Shown piece by piece: positions 9,477 to 19,376 of a stretch of 64,000 bases of DNA; the stretch's first letter is position 1, and every line of letters starts with the position of its first letter. A model generated the notes under the pieces. That model saw only the letters and a list, made by a program, of their open reading frames with translations. It did no database searches and was not told the DNA's origin. A program made the translations under genes and the position numbers. The DNA comes from an uncultured virus (IMG/VR IMGVR_UViG_3300013845_000001) (lineage: Duplodnaviria > Heunggongvirae > Uroviricota > Caudoviricetes), in IMG/VR virus record IMGVR_UViG_3300013845_000001, positions 62,001 to 126,000 of that record. The stretch is one strand, 5' to 3'.

Positions 9477-12242
9477 ATTTTAGACGTACAAATTAACATG
9501 TATTCTGTTGATACGGGACATTTTTATAGTAATCATGAAAAATATCTTCATGACATGAATTGTAAATATCGCAGAGAACGCAACTACATAAATAACAAGC
9601 TTCCTGAGTTAGAAAAACAGTTAAAAGAATTTGGATACTCTAAAGACGATATATCATTGTTTCGGTCAGATAAATCTGAAGAGGTCGAATCTGAAATATT
9701 GCCAGAACATATAGATACTATTCATGAATATATCAAATGGAATAATCTTATAAGGCATAAAAGAGAAAAAGCAAAAGAATCTAAAGACAAATTGCTTGTT
9801 ATTCTAGCAAATAGGGTATCTCAAAATGAGAAGACAAATGGTAAAGACCATACACGTAAAATAAGAAAAGATAGTTTAACAGATAATAATGTAATATCGG
9901 TCTTTGATTCCGCTCTCACCAGAACGATTGGGATAAAGCAAGATGAGCTAACAGATGCATTAATGGTTGTGCAGGTATATTATTTTGACGTATTTAAAGA
10001 TATTTCATTTTATGGGTTTACATATAACGGTGAAAAATATAAATATTTTACTTCATCTGCCGGGCAGATTCGCAAGAAAAAGGCAGTTTTTATAAAAGAA
10101 TCTGTCTGGAACCGTATTGAAAAAACCGTAATGTGCGGATTGACAATTGATAAAATCAATTCTAAAGGCGGGAATAATGTAAACAAACATCTTGCTTATA
10201 TGGCTCTTACTAATTCGGCGACTGACCAGTGGGAAGATTTCGAGATAGACAAATCAATAGTAATTGATGATTTTGAAACGAACGTATATGGTACTTTTGA
10301 TTTCATAGACGAATCAGATTATTCTATCACCAGAAAAACAGATTATGTTCCAATTCCTCACACGGACGGAGCTGGAATGATGCTACCAAGTGTAAGCCAA
10401 AAGAATTTTATGTTTCGTGCACCGTGGATTAAAGGGCTATTAGGAGTATTTGACTTTAGAAAATTTGTTGAGGTCAACCACTACTCTCCTATTATCAAAG
10501 ATATTTACGGGCAAGAACATGACATAATTAAAGAAGACATCCAAGTAATCTTTACTAAAAGCCAATTCAAAATGCAAAAATATTATGAGTCATGGGATGA
10601 GTATAAGAGTTTTTATAAAAAATATAATTGTACTTCTGGTATTTGTAATGTTGAAGAAGATAGAGTTAAGAATGCAAAAATCAATTATCAAATGCTTCAA
10701 ACTCTTACGAATATTACTGATTCTGAAATAGATATATTAACGGAAAAGTCCATCGAAAAGATAGAAAACGTATGTACGTCAAAAGATACAATGATGAATA
10801 TTCTAGGGGTTACTCCATATAACACAAAAATGACTCCTTTTCAAAAAGCCATTAAAATTTATCCTTCACTTTTATCAGATACATATGCGAAAGATGTAAT
10901 TCGTGAGGTTAAAGATAGTCTTTTAAAAAAATATCGTAGCGGAAAGCTTGAAGTGATTGGCAAATATACATTCTTACTTCCGGATTTTTATGCGGCATGT
11001 GAGTATTGGTTTGGTGGAATAGAAAATCCAAATGGATTATTAAGTGATAAGGAAGTTTTTTGTAATCTGTTCAAAAAAAGCGATAAGCTGGATTGCCTAA
11101 GAAGTCCACATCTATATAAAGAGCATGCTATAAGGTTTAATGTGGCAAGTGATGGATATGGAGATCGGGTATCAAAAATTAAAGAATGGTTTACTACTAA
11201 CGCCGTTTATACTAGTGTTCACGATTTGATAAGCAAAATTCTTCAGTTTGATGTTGATGGAGACAAGAGTCTAGTTGTGGCAGAACCTAATTTTGTTAGA
11301 ATCGCAGAAAGAAATATGAATGGGGTTGTTCCACTCTATTACAATATGAGAAAGGCTGATCCTACATTGCTTAATAACAAGACAATTTATACAGGATTAA
11401 ATGCAGCATTTACTCACGGGAATATCGGGATCTATAGTAACGACATTTCGAAAATATGGAATAATGATGTGTTTATAGCGGGAAATGAGAAAGAACAGAA
11501 GGAAGCCATTGACACCGTAAAACTTCTTTGTATGGAAAACAATTTCTGTATTGACAGTGCCAAGACACTATACATGCCAGAGAGACCAGATTGGTTTAGA
11601 CCCGTTGTTTCAAAATACACCAAAAAGAAACTACCTGCATTTTTTAAATATGCTAAGGATAAGGAAAAGGAACAGGTAGAAAAACGAAATCAGAGTTTTG
11701 TTAATAAAATTTTTGATAGAATTCCAAATAAGGCGATTAACACTAGTGGACTAAATCTTGGTTCTATAGATTATCGTTTATTGATGAGTGATGTAAATAT
11801 AGTTTGCAGTGAAGAGGTTTCTGGTTTGTATGACGAATTGAATAGAAAATATCGTTACATGATAAATATGAAAGATGAATATATTGACAATCTGAGATAC
11901 GTTGCTTGTGAAATTAGAGAGAGATTTAATGCCATTGGATACTCTGAAGAAACTACCTCTGATATGTTGGTAGAATATTTATATGGACACGAAAAACGAT
12001 ATAAACAATTGTTATGGTTCTGTTATGGTCAGAATATTGTAAATAATTTAGAAAAAAATATTCAGATTAAGAAAACCAAGTTTATTCAGTGTATTGATTG
12101 TGGAGAATGGGTTGAAGTTGATATAAAAGATACAAATACCGAGCGATGCAATGAATGTTATTTGTTATATAGAAGGAAATATAAGGCGGAAAAAGAAAAA
12201 AATAGAAGAAAAAGACTTTCGTGGACAGCTCAAGATAGCTAA
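9477..12242 (+). CDS. yonO: YonO-like single-subunit phage RNA polymerase (double-psi beta-barrel family)
   Basis: Catalytic QFDVDGD; TDGAGMM, RAPWIKG and LRSPHL motifs; C-terminal CxxC..CxxC; SPbeta-like position. Start proposed at ATT 9477 (GGAGG 8 nt upstream) rather than ATG 9498. Confidence 0.9.
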   Translation: MLDVQINMYSVDTGHFYSNHEKYLHDMNCKYRRERNYINNKLPELEKQLKEFGYSKDDISLFRSDKSEEVESEILPEHIDTIHEYIKWNNLIRHKREKAKESKDKLLVILANRVSQNEKTNGKDHTRKIRKDSLTDNNVISVFDSALTRTIGIKQDELTDALMVVQVYYFDVFKDISFYGFTYNGEKYKYFTSSAGQIRKKKAVFIKESVWNRIEKTVMCGLTIDKINSKGGNNVNKHLAYMALTNSATDQWEDFEIDKSIVIDDFETNVYGTFDFIDESDYSITRKTDYVPIPHTDGAGMMLPSVSQKNFMFRAPWIKGLLGVFDFRKFVEVNHYSPIIKDIYGQEHDIIKEDIQVIFTKSQFKMQKYYESWDEYKSFYKKYNCTSGICNVEEDRVKNAKINYQMLQTLTNITDSEIDILTEKSIEKIENVCTSKDTMMNILGVTPYNTKMTPFQKAIKIYPSLLSDTYAKDVIREVKDSLLKKYRSGKLEVIGKYTFLLPDFYAACEYWFGGIENPNGLLSDKEVFCNLFKKSDKLDCLRSPHLYKEHAIRFNVASDGYGDRVSKIKEWFTTNAVYTSVHDLISKILQFDVDGDKSLVVAEPNFVRIAERNMNGVVPLYYNMRKADPTLLNNKTIYTGLNAAFTHGNIGIYSNDISKIWNNDVFIAGNEKEQKEAIDTVKLLCMENNFCIDSAKTLYMPERPDWFRPVVSKYTKKKLPAFFKYAKDKEKEQVEKRNQSFVNKIFDRIPNKAINTSGLNLGSIDYRLLMSDVNIVCSEEVSGLYDELNRKYRYMINMKDEYIDNLRYVACEIRERFNAIGYSEETTSDMLVEYLYGHEKRYKQLLWFCYGQNIVNNLEKNIQIKKTKFIQCIDCGEWVEVDIKDTNTERCNECYLLYRRKYKAEKEKNRRKRLSWTAQDS

Positions 12243-12250
12243 ATAAAGTT

Positions 12251-12304
12251 CGTTATTTACGGACGAAAATTATAAATAAAAAATAAAATAGTCCGTAAAT
12301 AACG
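12251..12304. repeat. 14-bp perfect inverted repeat with 26-nt AT-rich spacer
   Basis: CGTTATTTACGGAC / GTCCGTAAATAACG immediately after the RNA polymerase stop. Confidence 0.8.
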
Positions 12305-12438
12305 CATTAAAATTTGTGTGTATATGGAGAACACATATCATACAAATAACTACTATAAGGAGAATTATACAATGTTATCAATTACAAATCAAGATATGTT
12401 TCTAACAAATCGAATTCGTTCAGATAGGAGGATAATAT

Positions 12439-12744
12439 TTGACGGTTACGCAAGAAAATATTATTAAAAAGATTGCTGATAAAGAAGATATGAATGTAGC
12501 AACAGTCCGACAGATTTTTAAAACGGCAGAGAATATTATATTTGACTACTTATCTTCTTCCTCTCCTACTGAAAAAATAGATATTAAAGTTTTCAATGGA
12601 TTCAGCATTGAACGAAATTATATAGGTAGAAAGACTTATACAAAGGGAATGTTTGAAGATTTAGATTGTCCAGAACATATAAATTTAAAAGCATCTGTTT
12701 CAAAGTATTATAACAACAGAGTTAATGAAAAATTGTTTACTTAA
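12439..12744 (+). CDS. HU/IHF-like DNA-binding protein (divergent)
   Basis: TQENIIKKIA helix, IKVFNGFSIE strand; GGAGG SD with TTG start. Confidence 0.7.
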   Translation: MTVTQENIIKKIADKEDMNVATVRQIFKTAENIIFDYLSSSSPTEKIDIKVFNGFSIERNYIGRKTYTKGMFEDLDCPEHINLKASVSKYYNNRVNEKLFT

Positions 12745-12802
12745 ACAAAAAAATACATAATTTTAACAAAAAACAATCGAAAATAAAAGGAGCGAATTTA
12801 AT

Positions 12803-13435
12803 ATGAGAGAAATCAGTATTACAGAAGCACTTAACGAATTAAAATTATATGATTCAAAAATCACAAAGGCCATCACCAATGCTTCATTTGTGAGCGGAAC
12901 TAAAAAGTCATCAGACAGAATCGGTGTAGTCTCAAAGGATATATTTATTGATAGAGCCAAATCTACATATCAGTCTTCCATTGATTTAATAGCAAATAGA
13001 AATTCTTTAAAGTCTGCAATTGTAAAATCTAATGCTATTACTGAAGTAAAGGTAGCCGATAAAGTCATGACGGTTGCCGAGGCCATTGAACGTAAAAACT
13101 CTATTGAGTATGAAGAAACCCTTTTGTCCGAAATGAAAAGGCAGTATGCGAATGCTAGTGAATTAGTAAATAAAGAAAATAAGAAAGTTGACAATAAGGT
13201 TGATGAGCTGCTTTCAACCCTGATTGGTAAGGACTCCGACAAGAAAATCAGCAAGGAAGATCAGGAAGCTATTGAAAAACCATACCGAGACAAAAACGAG
13301 TTTGAGCTTATTGACCCAATTGAAATTTACGACAAAATTGTTAAACTTGAAGAAGAGATTGATAATTTCAAAAGCCAGGTAGATACTCAGCTTGTCATTT
13401 CAAATGCTATTACAAAAATTGAAATTGATTTTTAA
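12803..13435 (+). CDS. Coiled-coil protein resembling the DIP1984-like family
   Basis: SITEALNELK...MTVAEAIERK...LVISNAITKIE pattern. Confidence 0.65.
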   Translation: MREISITEALNELKLYDSKITKAITNASFVSGTKKSSDRIGVVSKDIFIDRAKSTYQSSIDLIANRNSLKSAIVKSNAITEVKVADKVMTVAEAIERKNSIEYEETLLSEMKRQYANASELVNKENKKVDNKVDELLSTLIGKDSDKKISKEDQEAIEKPYRDKNEFELIDPIEIYDKIVKLEEEIDNFKSQVDTQLVISNAITKIEIDF

Positions 13436-13445
13436 GCCATAAATA

Positions 13446-13791
13446 TTTTGTAGTTATTACGAAAACCTAAAACTTACACCCCGTCACCTATGCGGGTATC
13501 TACGGATAATCATAGGTAAAATAAAATCAAGAACAATTCTTAATAGAATAATTTGAATTTATCAAATATTGATGAATGGCAAATACATTACTTACGATAG
13601 ATGTATTTACTAATACATATGATGGTAAAAGCTCAAAATTCAATATTCAGAATTTAAAGATTATATTTTAAAACTCTTTATTTATAAAGTTTAAAGCGTA
13701 ATTACTAAAATTCGATAAAACCCTTGACTAAGTTTTATTCGTGTCGTGTAATTGACGATTAGGTTTGTACAAGGCTGTAATAACTACAAAA
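13446..13791 (+). ncRNA. Candidate structured ncRNA with a 7-nt periodic tract
   Basis: 15-bp perfect terminal stem 13446-13460/13777-13791; inner stem 13463-13470/13759-13766; about 12 heptamers at 13628-13713. Confidence 0.7.
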
Positions 13792-13861
13792 ATGAATAAG
13801 GTTTTTCCTTTCAAGCCAATGGCAGCATTACTATTTCTGGTGGTGTTGTCATTGGTGTTTT

Positions 13862-13934
13862 TGACTAATAGCTCAGTTGGTAGAGCGCCTGTCTGTTAAA
13901 CAGGATGTCGTAGGTTCAAGCCCTACTTAGTCAG
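13862..13934 (+). tRNA. tRNA-Asn (GTT), CCA not encoded
   Basis: Acceptor TGACTAA/TTAGTCA; D-arm GCTC/GAGC; anticodon arm CCTGT-CTGTTAA-ACAGG; T-loop GGTTCAAGCC. Confidence 0.93.
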
Positions 13935-13981
13935 CTACCGTATTTTACGGAATACATATTAGAAAGAAGTGAATTATTACA

Positions 13982-14155
13982 TTGTTACTCATTTCAAAAA
14001 GTGAAGCAAAAGATTTACATAAACTGTATGGTATTCCATATGGTTATGAAGGAATTAGCCACACGGTTTCAAATGCAAGAACATATTACTTATGTGAATC
14101 AACTCCAAACAAAAAGTGCCTAAAGGAATATAGGAATGGTAAGATCGTCAAATGA
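13982..14155 (+). CDS. 57-aa hypothetical protein
   Basis: TTG-start ORF filling the gap between tRNA and nuclease (LLISKSEAKDLHKLYG...). Confidence 0.5.
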   Translation: MLLISKSEAKDLHKLYGIPYGYEGISHTVSNARTYYLCESTPNKKCLKEYRNGKIVK

Positions 14156-14173
14156 CGAAATAACTTATGAAGG

Positions 14174-15625
14174 GTGGTTAGTACCATCGCTGCAAAAGCA
14201 AAATTAAAAGAAGACGGAATTATGTTTTGTGGGGCAAATGCCACTGATGTTACAGGTTCTATGATTTTTATTAAATTTGGAGAAAAACGGATTTTGTTAG
14301 AGTGTGGACTGTATCAGGACAATTCATATCTCGAAGCTTACAAGGTAAACTCTGAAAAGTTCAAATTTAAACCCAGCGAAATTGATTACGTATTTGTAGG
14401 TCATACTCATGTGGATCACATTGGGTTGATTCCCAGACTGGTTAAGGAAGGGTTTACTGGAAAGATCATTATGACTCTTCCATCTTCTATTATATCCAAG
14501 CATTTATTATTGAACTGTGCATTTATCTTATCTGATGAAGCCAGGGTATTATCTAAACGATATGATAGAGATTATCAGCCAATTTACACCGATGAAGATG
14601 TGAAGAACACCTTACAATATATCTGGGTTTATAATGACTATGATAAAATTTACCAATTAGATGACGCAGTGAGTTTTCAGTGGTTGAAAAATTCTCACTG
14701 TGTGGGAGCTGCACAGCTTCAACTCATTTTAAATGATGGAATTAAAAAGAAGAAAATTTTCTATACCTCTGACATCGGAGCATTAGAAGCGAAAAATCAT
14801 TATGTAGAAAATACAGAAATCCCATCCTTTTTCAACGATATCCTTGTCCTAGAGTCAACATATGGACTTAATACAAGGACTCCAAAGAAGACCAGAGAAT
14901 TTGAAGTTGAACATCTTAGAGTGGCTATAGAGACGGTTTTAGAGCGCCAGGGAACACTTGTGCTACCGGCTTTTAGTTTCAGTCGTTCACAAGAATTACT
15001 TACGGTTTTATACGAATTGTTTGGACAAGATGAGAATTTTAAGGCACAAGTAGTCGTAGATTCTCTTTTGACTTGTGATATATGCGATACATATGGTGAA
15101 GTTTTAACAGGGGAATTTTTTGATAAATGGAATAAAGTATATAACTGGAAAAATGTAAGATATGTGCGAGAAAAGGTTGATTCGCAGGCTTGTGTGGCTG
15201 ATACCACTCCTAAAATTGTGATTTCGTCAAGCGGATTTTGTACGAACGGTAGGATCTTAACTTATTTGGATAAATATCTTCGTGATTTCAATTCTATGAT
15301 AATCTTTTCTGGATATGTAGGAACAGATGAAAGCTACCTCTCCTATCGAATCAAAAATGGCAAAACTCATAAGACAATTAATATCAATAAAAAGCCAGTT
15401 CTAAATCGGGCAGATTGTATTACAATGAGTACCTTTAGTTCCCACGCCAATTTCGATGATTTATTGAAATACGGGAGTAAGCTCAGAACTAATCAGCTAG
15501 TTTTAGTTCATGGATCAGAAGAATCAAAGAATTGTTTAAAACACCATTTAAAAGAAGAGATATCCAAAAATAACAATACCTATAAGGTAACATGTTCTAA
15601 GAAAGATATGATTATCCCGTTATAG
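14174..15625 (+). CDS. Metallo-beta-lactamase/beta-CASP ribonuclease (CPSF73/YSH1-like)
   Basis: VTGS, HTHVDH, SHCVG, SDIG, ESTYG, FSSHA and LVHG motifs. Confidence 0.9.
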   Translation: MVSTIAAKAKLKEDGIMFCGANATDVTGSMIFIKFGEKRILLECGLYQDNSYLEAYKVNSEKFKFKPSEIDYVFVGHTHVDHIGLIPRLVKEGFTGKIIMTLPSSIISKHLLLNCAFILSDEARVLSKRYDRDYQPIYTDEDVKNTLQYIWVYNDYDKIYQLDDAVSFQWLKNSHCVGAAQLQLILNDGIKKKKIFYTSDIGALEAKNHYVENTEIPSFFNDILVLESTYGLNTRTPKKTREFEVEHLRVAIETVLERQGTLVLPAFSFSRSQELLTVLYELFGQDENFKAQVVVDSLLTCDICDTYGEVLTGEFFDKWNKVYNWKNVRYVREKVDSQACVADTTPKIVISSSGFCTNGRILTYLDKYLRDFNSMIIFSGYVGTDESYLSYRIKNGKTHKTININKKPVLNRADCITMSTFSSHANFDDLLKYGSKLRTNQLVLVHGSEESKNCLKHHLKEEISKNNNTYKVTCSKKDMIIPL

Positions 15626-15658
15626 GGAAATATTACGAAATCGGAGAAATAAAAATAT

Positions 15659-16297
15659 ATGAATAAAAAGAGGGCTCAAACAGCTATTTTTGATATTGCC
15701 ATACCACAGTCTGTAGAAAATTTGCAGTTACCAGATTCTTCATTGATTACATTTTATAAGAATTTAGAGAAACGTATCTTATGGTTAGATTCAGCAGTTG
15801 ATGATTATTTTCTTGAATATGGCAAATACATTCTCCAGTGGAATCAAGAGGATGTTGGAATACCTGCTGAAGATAGACTACCTATCAGGTTATTATTTTT
15901 CTCTCCTGGCGGAAGCCTAGATATTAACAACGCCATGATTGACATTATCAAAATGAGCAAGACAAAAGTAATAGGTATCAATATGGGGATCGCCCAGTCT
16001 GCCGGTGCTTTTATCTACCTTGCATGTCATGAAAGATATACTATGCCAAAAGCGGGATTTTTGTTTCATAGGGGCCAGGGCGGATTTGAAGGTACATATG
16101 ATGAAATTATTAGTCAGGTAATGGAATATCAAAGACAGATAGAGGAACTCGAAACATATGTGCTTGAAAATACAAATATTGATGAAGAAACATTCGCTGA
16201 AAACTTTGGAACAGAATGGTTTATCTCGGCAGATGAAGCTATTAAATATGGTATCGCGCATAAGATTGTAAAAAATATTGATGAAATATATTCGTAA
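15659..16297 (+). CDS. ClpP-like serine protease
   Basis: FSPGG, AQSAG (Ser), FHRG (His), ISADEAIKYG. Confidence 0.88.
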   Translation: MNKKRAQTAIFDIAIPQSVENLQLPDSSLITFYKNLEKRILWLDSAVDDYFLEYGKYILQWNQEDVGIPAEDRLPIRLLFFSPGGSLDINNAMIDIIKMSKTKVIGINMGIAQSAGAFIYLACHERYTMPKAGFLFHRGQGGFEGTYDEIISQVMEYQRQIEELETYVLENTNIDEETFAENFGTEWFISADEAIKYGIAHKIVKNIDEIYS

Positions 16298-16358
16298 GGA
16301 GGGCGTGTTGCTCTCCTATTTTGTTGTAAATTTTGAGAATGAAAGGAAGATTTTAAAC

Positions 16359-16598
16359 ATGGGTAAAAGTAAATTAGTTTTTAAAAGAAATATTACAGAT
16401 AAATTATCGGTAAAAGGTGTTCTGTCTGAAGACGGCTCCTGCATTGCATACACAGATGAGAATGATATTGAACAGGAAGTAAAAATCTCAGATTTACTTA
16501 ATGCGTTTAAGAATCAGCCAATTGAATTTGGTGTGGCATTAAAATCTGATGAAGATCTTGAACTGATTGAATCTGATGATGAAGATGATGAAGAATAA
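16359..16598 (+). CDS. YonK-like small acidic protein
   Basis: Size, acidic tail and SPbeta-like position before the phosphoesterase. Confidence 0.6.
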   Translation: MGKSKLVFKRNITDKLSVKGVLSEDGSCIAYTDENDIEQEVKISDLLNAFKNQPIEFGVALKSDEDLELIESDDEDDEE

Positions 16599-16615
16599 GA
16601 AGGGTGGGCTGACAT

Positions 16616-17803
16616 ATAGACAGTAAGGCATTAAGACAGCCAAACGAAGAACCAAAGGCTTATCGGATAAGATTGTATAAGAATAAGGATCTTTACGGGT
16701 TAAGTAATCCGGAAATTGGAAGGCTGTGCAACGAAGCTTTTGGGGTGTGTTATGACGAATCTGCTCACCGGAAACATATGAAGAGTTATCTGGAGGGGTA
16801 CGGAGATGCAAAAGCTGAATCGTGCGATTCTGACAAGCATATGAAAGAACTACAGATTGAGAAACAGGAAATCCAGAAGGAAAAACGTAAACTTTATGAT
16901 GAAAGACTTGATATAAATCGACGGCTCAGAGAAGAAGCAAGACTTGAAACTACATTAGAAAAATTAGAAGACATGTTATCTAGTATTTCTAATGAGAGAT
17001 ATTTCAACTACTCTCCCACCATTGAAGCATCTGATAACGATATGATTGTTTGTCTTTCTGATCTTCATTTAGGAGCTACATATTATGGTTTTGACGGAGT
17101 ATATGATTCTGAAATTGCAAAAGAACGTTTAAACAAATATCTTAATGAGATTATAGAAATTCAGAAAACCAACGGGTCAGAAAACTGCTATATTCAGATA
17201 TTGGGGGATAGCGTCAGCGGCTCCATTCATAAGTCTATTTCCGTTACCAATAAGGAAAATGTCGTAGAACAGATAAAACTTGCTTGTGAATATGTTTCAG
17301 ATTTTGTATATGAATTAGGAAAATATTTTAATCATGTTGAAGTACACTCTGTCTCTGGTAATCATAGTCGTATCGAAAAGAAAGAAGATGCTCTCTTATC
17401 AGAACGATTAGACGCTTTAGTTCCTTGGTTTGTAAAATCAATGTTGGCTAACGTCAAAAACATTACAGTTGTAGATGATGAAATCGATGATACCATGTCA
17501 ACATTTTTTGTCAGGGACAAACTGTATTTTGGCGTTCATGGGGACTTTGACTCAACCTCCGACGCGGCTATTGCTAAATTAGCATTATGGGCAAAGATGA
17601 CTCCTTATTGCGTGCTTTGTGGACATAGACATTATCCCGCTATGACAGATGTATCGGGAATTAAAGTTATTCAGTCAGGAAGCCTTGGAGGATCTGGTGA
17701 TGATTATACAAGACAAAAAAGGTTAACAGGAAAGCCATCTCAGACCGTATTGGTTGTGAATGAGAAAGGAATTAAAGCTTGCTATCCTATTGAATTTAAT
17801 TAA
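16616..17803 (+). CDS. Calcineurin-like metallophosphoesterase with N-terminal coiled coil
   Basis: SDLHLG, LGDSVSG, SGNH, HGD and GHRH motifs; probable ATA start at 16616. Confidence 0.85.
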   Translation: MDSKALRQPNEEPKAYRIRLYKNKDLYGLSNPEIGRLCNEAFGVCYDESAHRKHMKSYLEGYGDAKAESCDSDKHMKELQIEKQEIQKEKRKLYDERLDINRRLREEARLETTLEKLEDMLSSISNERYFNYSPTIEASDNDMIVCLSDLHLGATYYGFDGVYDSEIAKERLNKYLNEIIEIQKTNGSENCYIQILGDSVSGSIHKSISVTNKENVVEQIKLACEYVSDFVYELGKYFNHVEVHSVSGNHSRIEKKEDALLSERLDALVPWFVKSMLANVKNITVVDDEIDDTMSTFFVRDKLYFGVHGDFDSTSDAAIAKLALWAKMTPYCVLCGHRHYPAMTDVSGIKVIQSGSLGGSGDDYTRQKRLTGKPSQTVLVVNEKGIKACYPIEFN

Positions 17804-17895
17804 AAGTCTCAGGTGAACTGACTATATTTAAGAAGAGTAATCACTACTCTTCTATTTTATTGACTAAAATTATAAGAAAACAAGGAGATTTATAC

Positions 17896-18189
17896 ATGAC
17901 TAAAGCAGAATTATTAAAAGAAATTACAAGCAGCGTTGCAGAATTATCACAGAAAGATGTTGATGCTGTATTGTCTGCATACGCGACCCTTGTTACAGAG
18001 AGTTTAACAGAAAATAAGGACGAAACTATTCCTCTTCCCGGACTTGGGACCTTTAAGGTGAAAGATGTAAATGAACGTAGAGGAACAATTATGATGGGTG
18101 ATCGCAAGGGCGAAGAATATGTGACACCAGCTCATCAGGAGCCTACCTTTAAGCTTTCAAAGTCAGTTAAGGGATTATTTATCGAATAA
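17896..18189 (+). CDS. HU family DNA-binding protein
   Basis: MTKAELLKEI, LPGLGTFKV, PTFK. Confidence 0.9.
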   Translation: MTKAELLKEITSSVAELSQKDVDAVLSAYATLVTESLTENKDETIPLPGLGTFKVKDVNERRGTIMMGDRKGEEYVTPAHQEPTFKLSKSVKGLFIE

Positions 18190-18203
18190 GGTGGTGATTT
18201 GCA

Positions 18204-18350
18204 ATGGGATACGATGAAATTTTTAAAACCATCGATCTTACAGATGATGAAATCTCAATCATAAAAGAAGTTCTCGAAGAACGACAGGATAGACGTGTAT
18301 CACTAGGAGAAATGATTACCATTGAAACACTTTTGGAAAAGTTAAATTAA
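18204..18350 (+). CDS. 48-aa hypothetical protein
   Basis: AAGGTGGTGA SD, follows HU. Confidence 0.55.
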   Translation: MGYDEIFKTIDLTDDEISIIKEVLEERQDRRVSLGEMITIETLLEKLN

Positions 18351-18414
18351 TAAAATAACTTATTGACCAAAACAAATGGTCATAAACAATATAATTTATA
18401 AGGAGGAATTACAT

Positions 18415-18612
18415 ATGATTTACGATTATAAGAATAAGAAAATCACCTTTGAGTCTCCCGCTGAGGAGATCGATTACAAGAAGCACATGGCTGAGTATGG
18501 CCCAGCTACTGGTAAATCTCATCCGGATGATTGCCCGTATTGTAAGGCTAGAGGTTGGGAGACATTTCCTGGCACTACATTCGAAGAGGAATGTAATAAG
18601 TATGCAAAGTAA
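18415..18612 (+). CDS. Small hypothetical protein with CxxC
   Basis: AAGGAGG SD; CPYC. Confidence 0.65.
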   Translation: MIYDYKNKKITFESPAEEIDYKKHMAEYGPATGKSHPDDCPYCKARGWETFPGTTFEEECNKYAK

Positions 18613-18836
18613 TTATTGAGTATACAGGTTCGTATCTGTCAAAGGATACGGGCTTATTTTAGGTTATGCCTTGCAAGCAAGACACAACCTTTAACTGCTT
18701 CTGCTATCGCAGAACCCGTCAATTATTTATTTGAATAAATTCAGTTGGACAGTGGGTAGCTCCCATTTTAGAATTCCACCTAATTCTAATTACAACTGAT
18801 TTTTATTATATGAAAATTTATATGAAAGGTGGTTAT

Positions 18837-19376
18837 ATGAATAATTTATGCAAAACAAAAGCAGAAGAAAGAAAATTAGTAGCCAAGGTAGTAGATGTAG
18901 ACACCGGAGAATGTTTGGACGACATTTATGAACAAGATAAGGTAGTTCATTACAAAGAATCGGATGAAAATAACGATAAAGTCTATAATTTTAATAAAGG
19001 AGAAAACTTTGTAAAATTATATTTAGGAGTGAATGAGTTGAGAAAACATTTAACGCCAGGTGAATTTACTATAGCCATGTCTTTGGCAGATTTTGTGTGT
19101 TATGATGACTGCATTTTAAGAAAAAGTGGACACCACAATGGAAAAATATTGAGCATAAAGGAACTTTCTGAAGAAATGAACATACAGTACGATGCTCTTA
19201 GAAAAACAATGACTTCTCTTACTAAGAAGGGTGTAATTGGAATACATAAGACTGGGTGTAAAGATAAACCAAATGTATTGGTAAAGGCCATCACCGTCAA
19301 TCCGTATATTTATTCTCGTGGAAATAACGTAAACAAAACAATTTTGTCATTGTTTGAGCATTCAAAATGGAATTAG
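18837..19376 (+). CDS. RepL-like winged-HTH protein
   Basis: VDVDTGE, FVKLY, HTH (SIKELSEEMNIQYDALRKTM), VNPY..RG. Confidence 0.65.
   Translation: MNNLCKTKAEERKLVAKVVDVDTGECLDDIYEQDKVVHYKESDENNDKVYNFNKGENFVKLYLGVNELRKHLTPGEFTIAMSLADFVCYDDCILRKSGHHNGKILSIKELSEEMNIQYDALRKTMTSLTKKGVIGIHKTGCKDKPNVLVKAITVNPYIYSRGNNVNKTILSLFEHSKWN

Noticed and set aside
13190..13206. Self-target of the TnpB guide (GACAATAAGGTTGATG resembles the guide)
   Set aside because: Needs a first-base mismatch and an indel; expected by chance in AT-rich DNA.
13446..13791. Retron msr-msd, CRISPR or TIGR-type array
   Set aside because: No reverse transcriptase or cas gene in the window; units are 7 nt, degenerate and have no spacers.
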